Notes under the pieces: generated by a model
Seen by the model: only the letters and a program-made list of their open reading frames with translations
The model's database searches: none
What the model was told of the DNA's origin: nothing
Translations under genes and position numbers: made by a program
Part shown: in pieces, positions 8,604-17,625 of the stretch
How the letters are laid out: the number at the start of each line of letters is the position of its first letter
Position numbering within the stretch: the stretch's first letter is position 1
Origin: an uncultured Alphaproteobacteria bacterium
GTDB lineage: Bacteria; Pseudomonadota; Alphaproteobacteria; RF32; CAG-239
Assembly (NCBI GenBank): GCA_944391355.1
Contig: CALXTG010000014.1
Span: 1 to 29,246 of the forward strand
Direction: 5' to 3'
Length of the DNA: 29,246 bases

Positions 8604-9035
8604 TTAGTTGTATTGACGATATTTGGCAACGGTCTTTTCCAATTCAGCTACCAGATATTGCGCTTCGCCGCAAAACTTCGGAGCTATGGCTATAATTTCC
8701 TTTAAGGTTTCGCCGTCAAGATTACAGCTGATTTTTTTACGCAGCGCCTGATAAAACATCCAATCGGTCAGCGTTCCTTTGATAACATGCCGCTCTTTGC
8801 AATAAATGCATAAATCCTTATAAGAAATTTCATCGGGAGAATTATCCTGCTCAAATGTCGTCAGGCGCAGATAAAGCGCCATATTACGCACCATCTCGTC
8901 AAAACTGACCATATAGGCCAAAACTACGGGATAAGCGGGACCGAGAGAACTGTTCAGCGCTCGCGAACGCTGCAGAATCTCCAGTTGATTAACCGGAATA
9001 ACTTTCTTTCTGGCTGCTGCCGAATTACTTTCCAT
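8604..9035 (-). CDS. Hypothetical protein, HEPN / HI0074 (nucleotidyltransferase substrate-binding)-like
   Basis: 143 aa, GGAG RBS. Helix pattern SFDEMVRNMALYL...SYKDL...DWMFYQALRKKISCNLD...PKFCGEAQYLVAELEK resembles the HI0074 family by eye. Confidence 0.55.
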   Translation of the reverse strand: MESNSAAARKKVIPVNQLEILQRSRALNSSLGPAYPVVLAYMVSFDEMVRNMALYLRLTTFEQDNSPDEISYKDLCIYCKERHVIKGTLTDWMFYQALRKKISCNLDGETLKEIIAIAPKFCGEAQYLVAELEKTVAKYRQYN

Positions 9036-9149
9036 AACCTTTCTCCGCCTGTTTCTGGCTTAAGAGTTTTTTATGTTTGAGTTTATCGTAGCGGCAAATC
9101 TTTTATAAATGATTAACAGACGCAGAAATTTCCGAAATTAATTCTTATA

Positions 9150-9494
9150 TTACCCCAGCAGCTTGCCGGCAATGGCAACATCGGCGGCCGCAAGATCGGT
9201 AAACTCAATATTGATATTATTCAAATCCGCGGGAATTGCCGTATACAAAAATTCGGTCAGCAAACGGGCAAAACCTGCTTTATCCTTAAATCCGACCGAT
9301 TTCATTTCCGCAAGTATGCAGGGAGCCCCCAAATCGCCGCCAATACAGATATCGGGGTTGCTGTCAAGGGTGACAATAATATAATTTTTAGGTTTGTTCA
9401 GCTGAGCGGCAACAAACTCAACCGCATCATGCAAAAACATTTCCTTTTGCAGTTTATCAAGTTTAACATTGGTATGGACGGTTAAAAAAGGCAT
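9150..9494 (-). CDS. MIF / phenylpyruvate tautomerase family protein
   Basis: 114 aa, Met-Pro start (catalytic Pro1), MPFLTVHTN, KPKNYI, KSVG motifs; AGGAG RBS. Confidence 0.85.
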   Translation of the reverse strand: MPFLTVHTNVKLDKLQKEMFLHDAVEFVAAQLNKPKNYIIVTLDSNPDICIGGDLGAPCILAEMKSVGFKDKAGFARLLTEFLYTAIPADLNNINIEFTDLAAADVAIAGKLLG

Positions 9495-9568
9495 TGTCTT
9501 TCTCCTGTAGTTTACCTAAATGTACCAATCTTAATTTAACTTACAACCGGACCTTCTTAATTAACCAC

Positions 9569-9600
9569 AAAAAAACGGCAGGAAAAATCCTGCCGTAAAA
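9569..9600 (-). terminator. Intrinsic terminator
   Basis: ACGGCAGGA-tttt-TCCTGCCGT stem followed by T7 on the minus strand, immediately after the 9601..10311 stop. Confidence 0.75.
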
Positions 9601-10311
9601 TCAACCGAAATCATAAATCAGCTGTTTGTGTTTATAAGCAACTCTGGTTTTACCGATAATCAGAGCTTTCTGATTCGACCCCAGCGGCATTTGGAAATCA
9701 AGATGTTTCCCGTCGCGGAACCACTCCAGGCACAGCTTCTGACCGATCAGGTCATAATACAGCTTTTCAATCCGTCGGTGCCGCCCGCAACCGATTTTAC
9801 GGGTGATATCCCAGGCCGGAAAACCGTGTTCGTAATCAGTTCCCAAAATCCGCGGAACAGCCGTATACAGCGTATCATCGCCGAGTTTTTCCGTCACATG
9901 GCGGATAATTCCCGAACGGATTGTACTCCATTCCGGAACCAGATGCCGCAAGCCGTTCATCGCACAAACCATGCTGTAATCTTCGTCTTTGAGACGCAGC
10001 GTGCTGACGGTTTCATGAAATGTTACATCAGAAAACGTTTCCCGCGGGACAAAATAGGCTCTGTTGCCCTCATCTTTCTCCGCATATCCGGGAACGGCAA
10101 CAAAAACACCAGAGGCTTTGACAATGTCATCGCTGTAATTGGCAACCCACAGCGTATAAAAGTGCTGACTGATAAAAATAAGTTTTCCGTCCTGACTAAA
10201 ATTTTGACGACATTGCAAACGACAAAATTTCAAACCGCTGCTTTCCAGATGCGTATGCCGGAAGGCATTTAAGACCTCCTGCTCCGACATATTAATTAAT
10301 TTTTTCTCCAT
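9601..10311 (-). CDS. Hypothetical cytoplasmic protein
   Basis: 236-aa ORF with ATG and GGAG RBS, followed by its own terminator; no family recognised. Confidence 0.75.
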   Translation of the reverse strand: MEKKLINMSEQEVLNAFRHTHLESSGLKFCRLQCRQNFSQDGKLIFISQHFYTLWVANYSDDIVKASGVFVAVPGYAEKDEGNRAYFVPRETFSDVTFHETVSTLRLKDEDYSMVCAMNGLRHLVPEWSTIRSGIIRHVTEKLGDDTLYTAVPRILGTDYEHGFPAWDITRKIGCGRHRRIEKLYYDLIGQKLCLEWFRDGKHLDFQMPLGSNQKALIIGKTRVAYKHKQLIYDFG

Positions 10312-10378
10312 AATAATTTATTTTAAATTAATAATTTATTTTGTGTTTAACCTAGGACTTTTTGTCAAAACAGTCAAC

Positions 10379-10413
10379 AAAAAACAAACCCCGGAAATCC
10401 TTTCCGGGGTTTG
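10379..10413 (-). terminator. gyrA intrinsic terminator
   Basis: 13-bp stem CAAACCCCGGAAA/TTTCCGGGGTTTG followed by T6 on the minus strand. Confidence 0.8.
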
Positions 10414-10434
10414 CAGTCAGATATAACAGCAAAT

Positions 10435-13260
10435 TTACTCAATATTATTGCTGTCTATTTCGGGCTCCTCGACAATAGCGTTCATATCATCGTCAGCGTC
10501 GGAAACGCTGTCGCCCAAAATTTCGCTGCCGGTTTCCTCCTCCAGCTCATCATCATCGCCGTCATCGGCATCGAGCCAGGTTACGGAAACCACTTTTTCA
10601 TTTTCGGCGGTTCGGAACAGAATAACCCCCTGGGTTTTGCGGCCGGCAATACGGATATCTTCAACCGGCATACGGATCAGCTTGCCGCCGTCGGTAACCA
10701 TCATAATCTGGTTATCGTCTTCAATCGGGAAAGAGCTGACAACTTCTTTGTTGCGGGCTGACATTTCCATATTGGCAATACCCTGTCCGCCACGGCCGGT
10801 TACGCGGTATTCATAAGAAGACGAGCGTTTGCCGTAGCCGGTGGAAGTTACCGAAAGAATAAACTGCTCTTTCTCTTTCATTTCCTGATATTTCTCAGGC
10901 GTCAGCACCTGCATTTCCACGCCGGTATCCTCGGGAGCGACTTCGCAATCGCCGCCGCGTTCGGCCTGAATGCGTTTGGCAGCCGAGGAGATACGGGCAT
11001 ATTCATCACGTTCTTCGGAAGTCGCGTCACTGTGATTCAGGACTGACATCGAAATTACTTCATCGCCTTCGGCCAGTTTAATGCCGCGGACACCGGTCGA
11101 ATTGCGGCCGACGAAAACACGAACCTCGGTAACCGGGAAACGGATACATTTACCGCCGCGGGCCGCCAGCATGATATCATTATCTTCATGACAGATTCTG
11201 ACATTAATCAGCTTATCGCCCTCATCAAGTTTCATCGCAATCTTACCGTTGCTCTGAACATTAACAAAATCCATCAGTGAGTTGCGGCGGACATTGCCCT
11301 GCGAAGTGGCAAACATAATTGACAAATTCTGGCATTCCGCCTCGTTCTCCGGCAACTTCATAACCGTGGTAATGGTTTCGCCTTCATCCAGAGGCAGCAG
11401 GTTAATGAAAGGTTTGCCTTTGGAAGTCGGCGAACCGAGCGGCAGTTTGTAAACCTTCATTTTGTATACCAGTCCCTTGGAAGAGAAGAACAGTACCGGG
11501 GTATGCGTCGAAGCGACAAACAGACGGGATACAAAATCTTCTTCTTTGGTAGCCATGCCGGATTTGCCCTTGCCGCCGCGTTTCTGGGCTTTATAGGCAT
11601 TGAGCGGCACGCGCTTGATATAGCCGGCGTCGGTTACGGTTACAACCATTTCCTCGCGCTGAATCAGCGACTCGACATCCTGGTCAAATTCAATATCTTC
11701 AATCTTGGAACGGCGCGGCGTGGCATATTCATCTTTAATTGCAACCAGTTCATCGCGGATAATGCCGTAAAGTTTTTCACGGCTGCCGAGAATCGACAGA
11801 TATTCTTTAATATCCTCGCCGATACCGGTCAGTTCTTCGTGAATTTTATCTCTTTCCAAACCGGTTAAGCGCTGCAGTTTCAAGTCCAGAATCGCTTTGG
11901 CCTGATTTTCGGATAATTTGTAGAAACCGCCTTCAACCTTGCGATCCGGCTCGTCAATCAGCTCAACCAGCGGGGTTACCGTACCGGCCGGCCAAGCTTT
12001 GGCCAGCAAGGCGTCCTTGGCTTCTTGCGGATTGGGCGCGGAACGAATCAGCTCAATTACCGGGTCAAGGTTTTCTACGGCAATTGCCAGACCGACCAAA
12101 GTATGGGCACGGTCACGGGCTTTGTTAAGCAGGAAAATCGTACGGCGGCGGACAACTTCCTCGCGGAATTCGATAAAGGCGCCGATAATTTCTTTCAAAT
12201 TCATCATCATCGGACGGCCGCCGTTAATCGCCAGCATATTCATGCCGAAACTGGTCTGCAGAGCAGTATATTTATAGAGTTGGTTCAATACGACATCGGC
12301 CTGGAAATCGCGTTTGATTTCAACGACGACACGAACGCCGTGACGGTCGGATTCATCGCGGATGTCGGAAATCCCTTCGATTTTCTTTTCCTTAACCAGT
12401 TCGGCAATGCGGGCAACCAGCATCGCCTTATTAACCTGATAAGGAATTTCATGAACGATAATCGCTTCTTTGTCTTTACGCAGTTCTTCAATCGTGCATT
12501 TGGCACGCATCATTACCGAACCGCGGCCGGTATAATAAGCCGATTTGGCGCCGCTGAACCCCAGAATCAGACCGCCGGTCGGGAAATCCGGCCCGGGGAC
12601 GATCGAAATCAGGTCATCAATCGAAATATACGGATTATCAATATAGGCACAGCAGGCATCAATGACTTCGCCGAGATTATGCGGCGGAATATTGGTGGCC
12701 ATACCGACGGCAATACCGTTGGCGCCGTTAACCAGCAGGTTGGGATAACCGGCCGGCAGAACCGACGGCTCCTGAACGGTTTCATCATAGTTGGGAATGA
12801 AATCGACGGTATCTTTATCCAAATCACCGGTCAGAGTCGAAGTTACCTTTTCGGCGCGGGCTTCGGTATAACGCATGGCAGCTGCGGAATCACCGTCCAT
12901 CGACCCGAAGTTGCCCTGCCCGTCTACCAGCGGCAAGCGCATTGAAAACGGCTGGGCCATACGCACCATCGTGTCATAAATCGCGGCGTCGCCGTGCGGG
13001 TGATATTTACCCATGACATCGCCGACGATACGGGCTGACTTACGATAAGGCTTGTTATAATCGTAGCCGCTTTCGTACATTGAATAAATAATGCGGCGGT
13101 GAACGGGTTTCAGACCGTCACGGACATCGGGAAGCGCTCGCGAAACGATGACGCTCATCGCATAATCCAGATAAGAGCGGCGCATTTCATCGGAAATTTC
13201 GACCGGCATGATATCCTGAGCGGCGCTGACCACCGCTAAATCCTGGTTTTCTTCACTCAC
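10435..13260 (-). CDS. gyrA: DNA gyrase subunit A
   Basis: [24 protein letters not shown], catalytic AAAMRYTE, GyrA-box QKRGGKG, acidic C-terminal tail; GTG start. Confidence 0.99.
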   Translation of the reverse strand: MSEENQDLAVVSAAQDIMPVEISDEMRRSYLDYAMSVIVSRALPDVRDGLKPVHRRIIYSMYESGYDYNKPYRKSARIVGDVMGKYHPHGDAAIYDTMVRMAQPFSMRLPLVDGQGNFGSMDGDSAAAMRYTEARAEKVTSTLTGDLDKDTVDFIPNYDETVQEPSVLPAGYPNLLVNGANGIAVGMATNIPPHNLGEVIDACCAYIDNPYISIDDLISIVPGPDFPTGGLILGFSGAKSAYYTGRGSVMMRAKCTIEELRKDKEAIIVHEIPYQVNKAMLVARIAELVKEKKIEGISDIRDESDRHGVRVVVEIKRDFQADVVLNQLYKYTALQTSFGMNMLAINGGRPMMMNLKEIIGAFIEFREEVVRRRTIFLLNKARDRAHTLVGLAIAVENLDPVIELIRSAPNPQEAKDALLAKAWPAGTVTPLVELIDEPDRKVEGGFYKLSENQAKAILDLKLQRLTGLERDKIHEELTGIGEDIKEYLSILGSREKLYGIIRDELVAIKDEYATPRRSKIEDIEFDQDVESLIQREEMVVTVTDAGYIKRVPLNAYKAQKRGGKGKSGMATKEEDFVSRLFVASTHTPVLFFSSKGLVYKMKVYKLPLGSPTSKGKPFINLLPLDEGETITTVMKLPENEAECQNLSIMFATSQGNVRRNSLMDFVNVQSNGKIAMKLDEGDKLINVRICHEDNDIMLAARGGKCIRFPVTEVRVFVGRNSTGVRGIKLAEGDEVISMSVLNHSDATSEERDEYARISSAAKRIQAERGGDCEVAPEDTGVEMQVLTPEKYQEMKEKEQFILSVTSTGYGKRSSSYEYRVTGRGGQGIANMEMSARNKEVVSSFPIEDDNQIMMVTDGGKLIRMPVEDIRIAGRKTQGVILFRTAENEKVVSVTWLDADDGDDDELEEETGSEILGDSVSDADDDMNAIVEEPEIDSNNIE

Positions 13261-13451
13261 TTTAATTACCTTTACTTACTGAGATACACTCTTTTAAAAC
13301 TGGGGTAAATATAGCAAAACCCGCAATTCAATACCAGCGATTTATCTCACTTATACCCAGCCTCAAAAATGCAAAAACTTCTCTGCGGGCAAAAAAACGG
13401 CCTTAAAATCGATTTCGGCGCAAACTGATTTTAAAAGGTTAACGACATGAT

Positions 13452-13484
13452 GAAAAAAAGCCCGGTTTTGCAGCCGGACTTTTT
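13452..13484 (-). terminator. Probable ssb terminator
   Basis: Minus strand AAGTCCGG-ctgcaaaa-CCGGGC-TTTTTTT, ~20 nt after the ssb stop. Confidence 0.55.
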
Positions 13485-13504
13485 CAACTTTTTGGGAAAC
13501 GGAT

Positions 13505-13972
13505 TTAGAACGGAATATCGTCATCCAAATCGGCGGCAGGCGCAGCAGCGGGCGTGTTATCCCAGCCGGAACCGGCCGAACCGGAGAAGACATCATTGCC
13601 GCCGGCGGGAACACCGTCACCGCGGCCGTCAAGCAACACCAGATTGCCGCTGAAATTCTGCAGAACAACTTCGGTGGTGTATTTTTCCTGACCGTTGTTA
13701 TCTTCCCATTTGCGGGTTTGAAGCTGGCCTTCAAGATAAACTTTCGAGCCTTTTTTCAAATAGCGGTCGGCAATGTCGGCCAGCTGCGGGTTAAAGATAA
13801 CTACCCGGTGCCATTCGGTTTTTTCTTTTCTTTCACCGGACAATTTATCTTTCCAGCTGTCGGTGGTGGCGACGCTTAAATTAACGATTTTAGCGCCGTT
13901 TGCCGTGTTGCTGACTTTGGGATCGGCCCCTAAGTTGCCGACTAAAATTACTTTATTGATACTTCCAGCCAT
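13505..13972 (-). CDS. ssb: Single-stranded DNA-binding protein
   Basis: MAGSINKVILVGNLGADP, TEWHRVV, VYLEGQLQTRKW, C-terminal DDDIPF. Confidence 0.99.
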   Translation of the reverse strand: MAGSINKVILVGNLGADPKVSNTANGAKIVNLSVATTDSWKDKLSGERKEKTEWHRVVIFNPQLADIADRYLKKGSKVYLEGQLQTRKWEDNNGQEKYTTEVVLQNFSGNLVLLDGRGDGVPAGGNDVFSGSAGSGWDNTPAAAPAADLDDDIPF

Positions 13973-14050
13973 AGTTAATTATACCTTATCTAAAGTTTAT
14001 TGAAATCTGCGACGACTATAGCTTAAATAAAAAAAGTTGGAAACAAAAAA

Positions 14051-15166
14051 TCAATAGACCTGTGTATATTCTCCGCCATATAAGCGGTAAATTCCGTAGG
14101 GCAACGAATCTTCCGGATTGCCGTCATTATAGGCGGCATCTCCCCAGGCGGCGGGAAATTTGCCGCTTTTTAAGGCTTCGGCCAATTTTTCATAATTAAA
14201 ACTTTCCGACTGTTCAACCAGTTCCTCCCATAATCTGACGGCCGAGTATCCGTAGACGCTCAGCCCCTCGGGTTCGACGCCGAGCAGCCGCAGCCGCACC
14301 AGCGTTTCGGTAAAGGCCGGATTATCTTTTAAGGAAGGCAAAGCCATAAAATAAGACCCTTCCGCCAGATCTCCCAAAATACGATTATAGGTTTCATCAG
14401 ACTGATAACGATTGGTAAACACGACAAAATATTTATGTTCGCGTTTTAAGCTGCGGGCCAGTTGAGAAATTTCTTCCGGCTGCCCCATAATATAGGCGAT
14501 TTTAATTTCGGAATTCAGAATTTCGGCAGACAGGGACGCAATATTGTTATAATTGCGGAAATTAAAAGTCTTAAGATTATAGGCCTGATCATTTTTGCGA
14601 AACTCTTCCTGCAGAGCTGCCGCAACTTCAACTACCGGACGCATATCGCCGTCATAAACCAAAGCAACCTTATGATTAGGAAAAGTTTTTTGATAATAGG
14701 CAAAGAAATCATGAGCCTGGCGTTCTTTGTAGCCGACCATTTTTACCAGGCCTTTATGGCGGTGCTGCGCTTCGCGGCGGCTGACAGTCGTAGGAATAAT
14801 CTGGAAAATCTCGGCCTTTGCATAGATATCGGAAACCTCGCCAAAAGCATTAGGACAGAAAGGCCCGATCACCAGCGACATTTTGTCGCGGCGCGATGAG
14901 CTGACCGCCATCATCTGAGCCGTTGACACGGCAATGCGGTCATCGCACTGGTCGTCCACGGTAATCAGGTTAATTTTTTCCCCGGCCAGTCCGCCTCGGT
15001 CGTTAATTTCATTAACTGCCGTTTCTACCCCGGATATCAGCTCGTCGCCGAATTTTTTATATTCTCCGGCTTTGGGAGCAATCACCGCGATATTCACATC
15101 GGCAAACACCATCTCCGGGGCCAGACAGGCCGCGGCGGCCATTATGTAAAACAGGTATTTTAACAT
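14051..15166 (-). CDS. Branched-chain amino acid ABC substrate-binding protein (LivJ/LivK-like), orphan
   Basis: Signal peptide (VFA|DVNIAVIAP), AVNEINDRGGLAG, DDQCD, VIGPFC, YGYSAV motifs; no permease or ATPase genes nearby. Confidence 0.8.
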   Translation of the reverse strand: MLKYLFYIMAAAACLAPEMVFADVNIAVIAPKAGEYKKFGDELISGVETAVNEINDRGGLAGEKINLITVDDQCDDRIAVSTAQMMAVSSSRRDKMSLVIGPFCPNAFGEVSDIYAKAEIFQIIPTTVSRREAQHRHKGLVKMVGYKERQAHDFFAYYQKTFPNHKVALVYDGDMRPVVEVAAALQEEFRKNDQAYNLKTFNFRNYNNIASLSAEILNSEIKIAYIMGQPEEISQLARSLKREHKYFVVFTNRYQSDETYNRILGDLAEGSYFMALPSLKDNPAFTETLVRLRLLGVEPEGLSVYGYSAVRLWEELVEQSESFNYEKLAEALKSGKFPAAWGDAAYNDGNPEDSLPYGIYRLYGGEYTQVY

Positions 15167-15200
15167 TATTTATATTTTACAGCAATATACATGAGGCGGC

Positions 15201-15228
15201 ACTATAGCAAAACTGTGTAAAAAAGCAA
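15201..15228 (-). promoter_or_regulatory. Putative sigma70 promoter of the LivJ-like gene
   Basis: TTGCTT-16 nt-TATAGT with a TG extension. Confidence 0.4.
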
Positions 15229-15280
15229 GCTTTTTATCCGAAACGGCATTTTTGTCACAAAAGCTTAACATAATCAGCTA

Positions 15281-15309
15281 TTGATTCGAAATTAATAATA
15301 TGTTATATT
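15281..15309 (+). promoter_or_regulatory. Putative sigma70 promoter of the small protein
   Basis: TTGATT-17 nt-TATATT with a TG extension. Confidence 0.55.
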
Positions 15310-15346
15310 TTGTCTATATGTTAACCACCTTAAGAGGAGAAACCTT

Positions 15347-15646
15347 ATGAGTCGAGGATTTGATAGAAACGATTTAGTCAGAGAAAAAGCCGTCCATGAA
15401 CTGAGTAAAGGTTCTCCGCAAAAAGACAAGGCTCACGAACAAAATTCCCGCGAACTGGTTCACGGTTCGGAAGAATGGATAAGAGCCCGTGACGAAGCCC
15501 GCGCCAAAATGAAAGAAAAGGCACAGAAGATGCGCGAAGAAACGCTGGCTCATCAGAAAGAACTCGAACAATACGGCAGCAACGGCGATTATGAATCGGC
15601 CAATGACGGCCGGCCGGAAGCTTCTAATCCGAGCCATACTTATTAA
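15347..15646 (+). CDS. Small highly charged hypothetical protein
   Basis: 99 aa with GAGGAG RBS, promoter and terminator; E/K/R-rich helical core EEWIRARDEARAKMKEKAQKMREE. Confidence 0.8.
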   Translation: MSRGFDRNDLVREKAVHELSKGSPQKDKAHEQNSRELVHGSEEWIRARDEARAKMKEKAQKMREETLAHQKELEQYGSNGDYESANDGRPEASNPSHTY

Positions 15647-15665
15647 TTATTTCAAGCAAGATTGC

Positions 15666-15694
15666 AAATCCCGCTTTTCAGCGGGATTTTTTTT
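15666..15694 (+). terminator. Intrinsic terminator
   Basis: AAATCCCGCT-tttc-AGCGGGATTT followed by a T-run. Confidence 0.8.
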
Positions 15695-15834
15695 GACAGA
15701 AAAAGGGGCCCGCCAAGTAAATATTTCTAAAAGTGAAAACAGCCGGGGTTTTGCGGCTGGTTTCGTTTGAGCTTCACAGCCCGTTTTGTTATCCTTTAAA
15801 CATAGACTTTGGCTCTTTTGTTGAGGGGATTACT

Positions 15835-17484
15835 ATGAAGAAACTTTTTTTAATTCTGTTTTCTTTGTTCTGGAGCTTTTCGGCTTCCTCTGCTCCTCTC
15901 AGCTTTGACATTCACACATCCAATGAGCCAAAGTCTATGCAAGTTGCCAAAGTATATTTTCTTCCCGACTGGAAAGATAAGGGAATGTTTTGGGATGGGG
16001 CAGATGAAAAACCCTGTACCGAAGCCTGTCCGCAAAAGACGGACTATGATTGTAAATACGGGACCGAAAGCTATGTCAACGGCTGCGGGTTAACCTGTTC
16101 GCGCTGCGTTGAATGTTCCGGCTGCGATGAACAAGGCTATACTTTAAGCGAATGTCCAACCGGCGGGGTTTGTCTGAATGACTGTTGTAACAAACTTTAT
16201 AAACTCACAGATTGCAACAGCGGTTATATTTTGGAAAACATGGCTTGTCGGGTGGAAAACTGTACGGAGAATGCCTCTTTATGCGACAGTGCCACCGAGA
16301 AATGCGTCAACGGCCAATGTGTTGAAAAGGACTGCACGGAATATCCGGATAAATGCGGAAGTAATCAAGTTTGTGTTAATGGAGAGTGTATTGCCAAAGA
16401 CTGCAACAATACGCCCTCACTCTGTACCGCTACCGAGAAATGCCAATTGCAGAACGGGGTTTATAAATGTGTCTGCAGCCCGACTTGCAGCGATGAAAGC
16501 GACTGTTCTAACGGTACCGAAACTATTGCCAACGGCTGCGGCGGTACCTGCACCGTTTGCGCCGCATGTAAACCGACTTGCAGAGACGTGTCTGAGCGGG
16601 ATTGTCTGTTTCGGGATCGATATGATAAAATTGATGACGGCTGTTACGGTTCCTGCAATATTTGCGGCAAAAATAATGACGGTTATGATGGGACGGCAAT
16701 TATTTTTACCTTCAGCCCCGATGCCGATAACGTTGAACTGACACTGCCAACTTATTCGTTATCCTGGGAGAGCCCTTCCTATACGGTTGACTGGGGAGAC
16801 GGAACCATTGACAGAGATATAACCGCCGACAAACCTAAGCATACTTATGCGATAGCCGGAAATTACGATGTCAAAATCACCGGAAGAGTGATTTCTCTTG
16901 TGAGTTTTCCTAAAACCTTTGTCCGCTATGATTATAATTTGCAGCAGGTAAATTTGGTTACTTTCATAACCGAAATAAAACGGCTGGATCTCAGTACCGT
17001 AAGGGCTTTATCCCAAACCTTTGACGGCGGAAAAAACATCCGCGGCAGTATTCCGCCCCTGCCGGCAGATTTGCGCGAGGGTTATCGAGCTTTTTGGGAA
17101 TGTTCTCAATTAAGCGGAAATCTTCCTAAACTCCCCGAAGGTTTCCAAAATGCCATGCAGATGTTTGCCGGCTGCAGCGGATTGACAGGAACCATTCCCG
17201 AGATGCCTGAAAGTCTGGCTGACGGGAGCGGAATGTTCCGCGGCTGCAGCGGCTTAACCGGCAATATACCACGGTTACCCAACAGACTAACTGACGTCAG
17301 CTATATGTTTGAAGATTGCCGCGGATTAAGCGGAGTCACTCCGGTTAACGGCCAATATCCTTATCAATATTTGCAAAATTTTGAGGATTACCGCGGCTAT
17401 ATTAATGCGGTAACCGGCTGTTCTGATACGGTGCTCAGCAAGTTTCCCGAATCTTGGGGCGGAAGCTGCAGAAACTGTCAGTAA
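15835..17484 (+). CDS. Secreted Cys-rich / PKD / 24-aa LRR protein, paralog 2 (complete, 549 aa)
   Basis: ATG at 15835 after GAGGGG; signal peptide MKKLFLILFSLFWSFSASS. Cys-rich region 16015-16665, PKD core 16780-16884 (YTVDWGDGT...KHTYAIAGNYDVKITG), four LRRs 17071-17343, ends FPESWGGSCRNCQ. Confidence 0.9.
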   Translation: MKKLFLILFSLFWSFSASSAPLSFDIHTSNEPKSMQVAKVYFLPDWKDKGMFWDGADEKPCTEACPQKTDYDCKYGTESYVNGCGLTCSRCVECSGCDEQGYTLSECPTGGVCLNDCCNKLYKLTDCNSGYILENMACRVENCTENASLCDSATEKCVNGQCVEKDCTEYPDKCGSNQVCVNGECIAKDCNNTPSLCTATEKCQLQNGVYKCVCSPTCSDESDCSNGTETIANGCGGTCTVCAACKPTCRDVSERDCLFRDRYDKIDDGCYGSCNICGKNNDGYDGTAIIFTFSPDADNVELTLPTYSLSWESPSYTVDWGDGTIDRDITADKPKHTYAIAGNYDVKITGRVISLVSFPKTFVRYDYNLQQVNLVTFITEIKRLDLSTVRALSQTFDGGKNIRGSIPPLPADLREGYRAFWECSQLSGNLPKLPEGFQNAMQMFAGCSGLTGTIPEMPESLADGSGMFRGCSGLTGNIPRLPNRLTDVSYMFEDCRGLSGVTPVNGQYPYQYLQNFEDYRGYINAVTGCSDTVLSKFPESWGGSCRNCQ

Positions 17485-17625
17485 TAAACAAATGCAATAT
17501 TAGTGATAAAGTCACAAATAAGTGTGTCCTTACCTTTGAGAATAACCGAAAGATGTTTTTGCATTTTCTGTTTGATATTAAATGCAAATTGTATATATTA
17601 GGTGAGGTTTAAAAGGACAAAGGAC

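Noticed and set aside
13403-13434. TTAAAATC-N16-GATTTTAA inverted repeat upstream of gyrA
   Set aside because: Short and AT-rich with no matching known operator; cannot be distinguished from chance.
15733-15834. N-terminal extensions in the ORF track (also 6262, 17602, 23326, 1883)
   Set aside because: Downstream ATGs have clear RBSs and/or give proper signal peptides or family N-termini.
1-17484. Diversity-generating retroelement acting on the LRR heads
   Set aside because: No reverse transcriptase and no near-identical template/variable repeat pair with adenine-specific differences in the window.
17485-17625. LexA/SOS box upstream of uvrA or ssb
   Set aside because: No alphaproteobacterial GTTC-N7-GTTC or E. 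coli CTGT-N8-ACAG motif found. The TTTGCATTT-N13-AAATGCAAA inverted repeat at 17558-17588 is AT-rich and unassignable.
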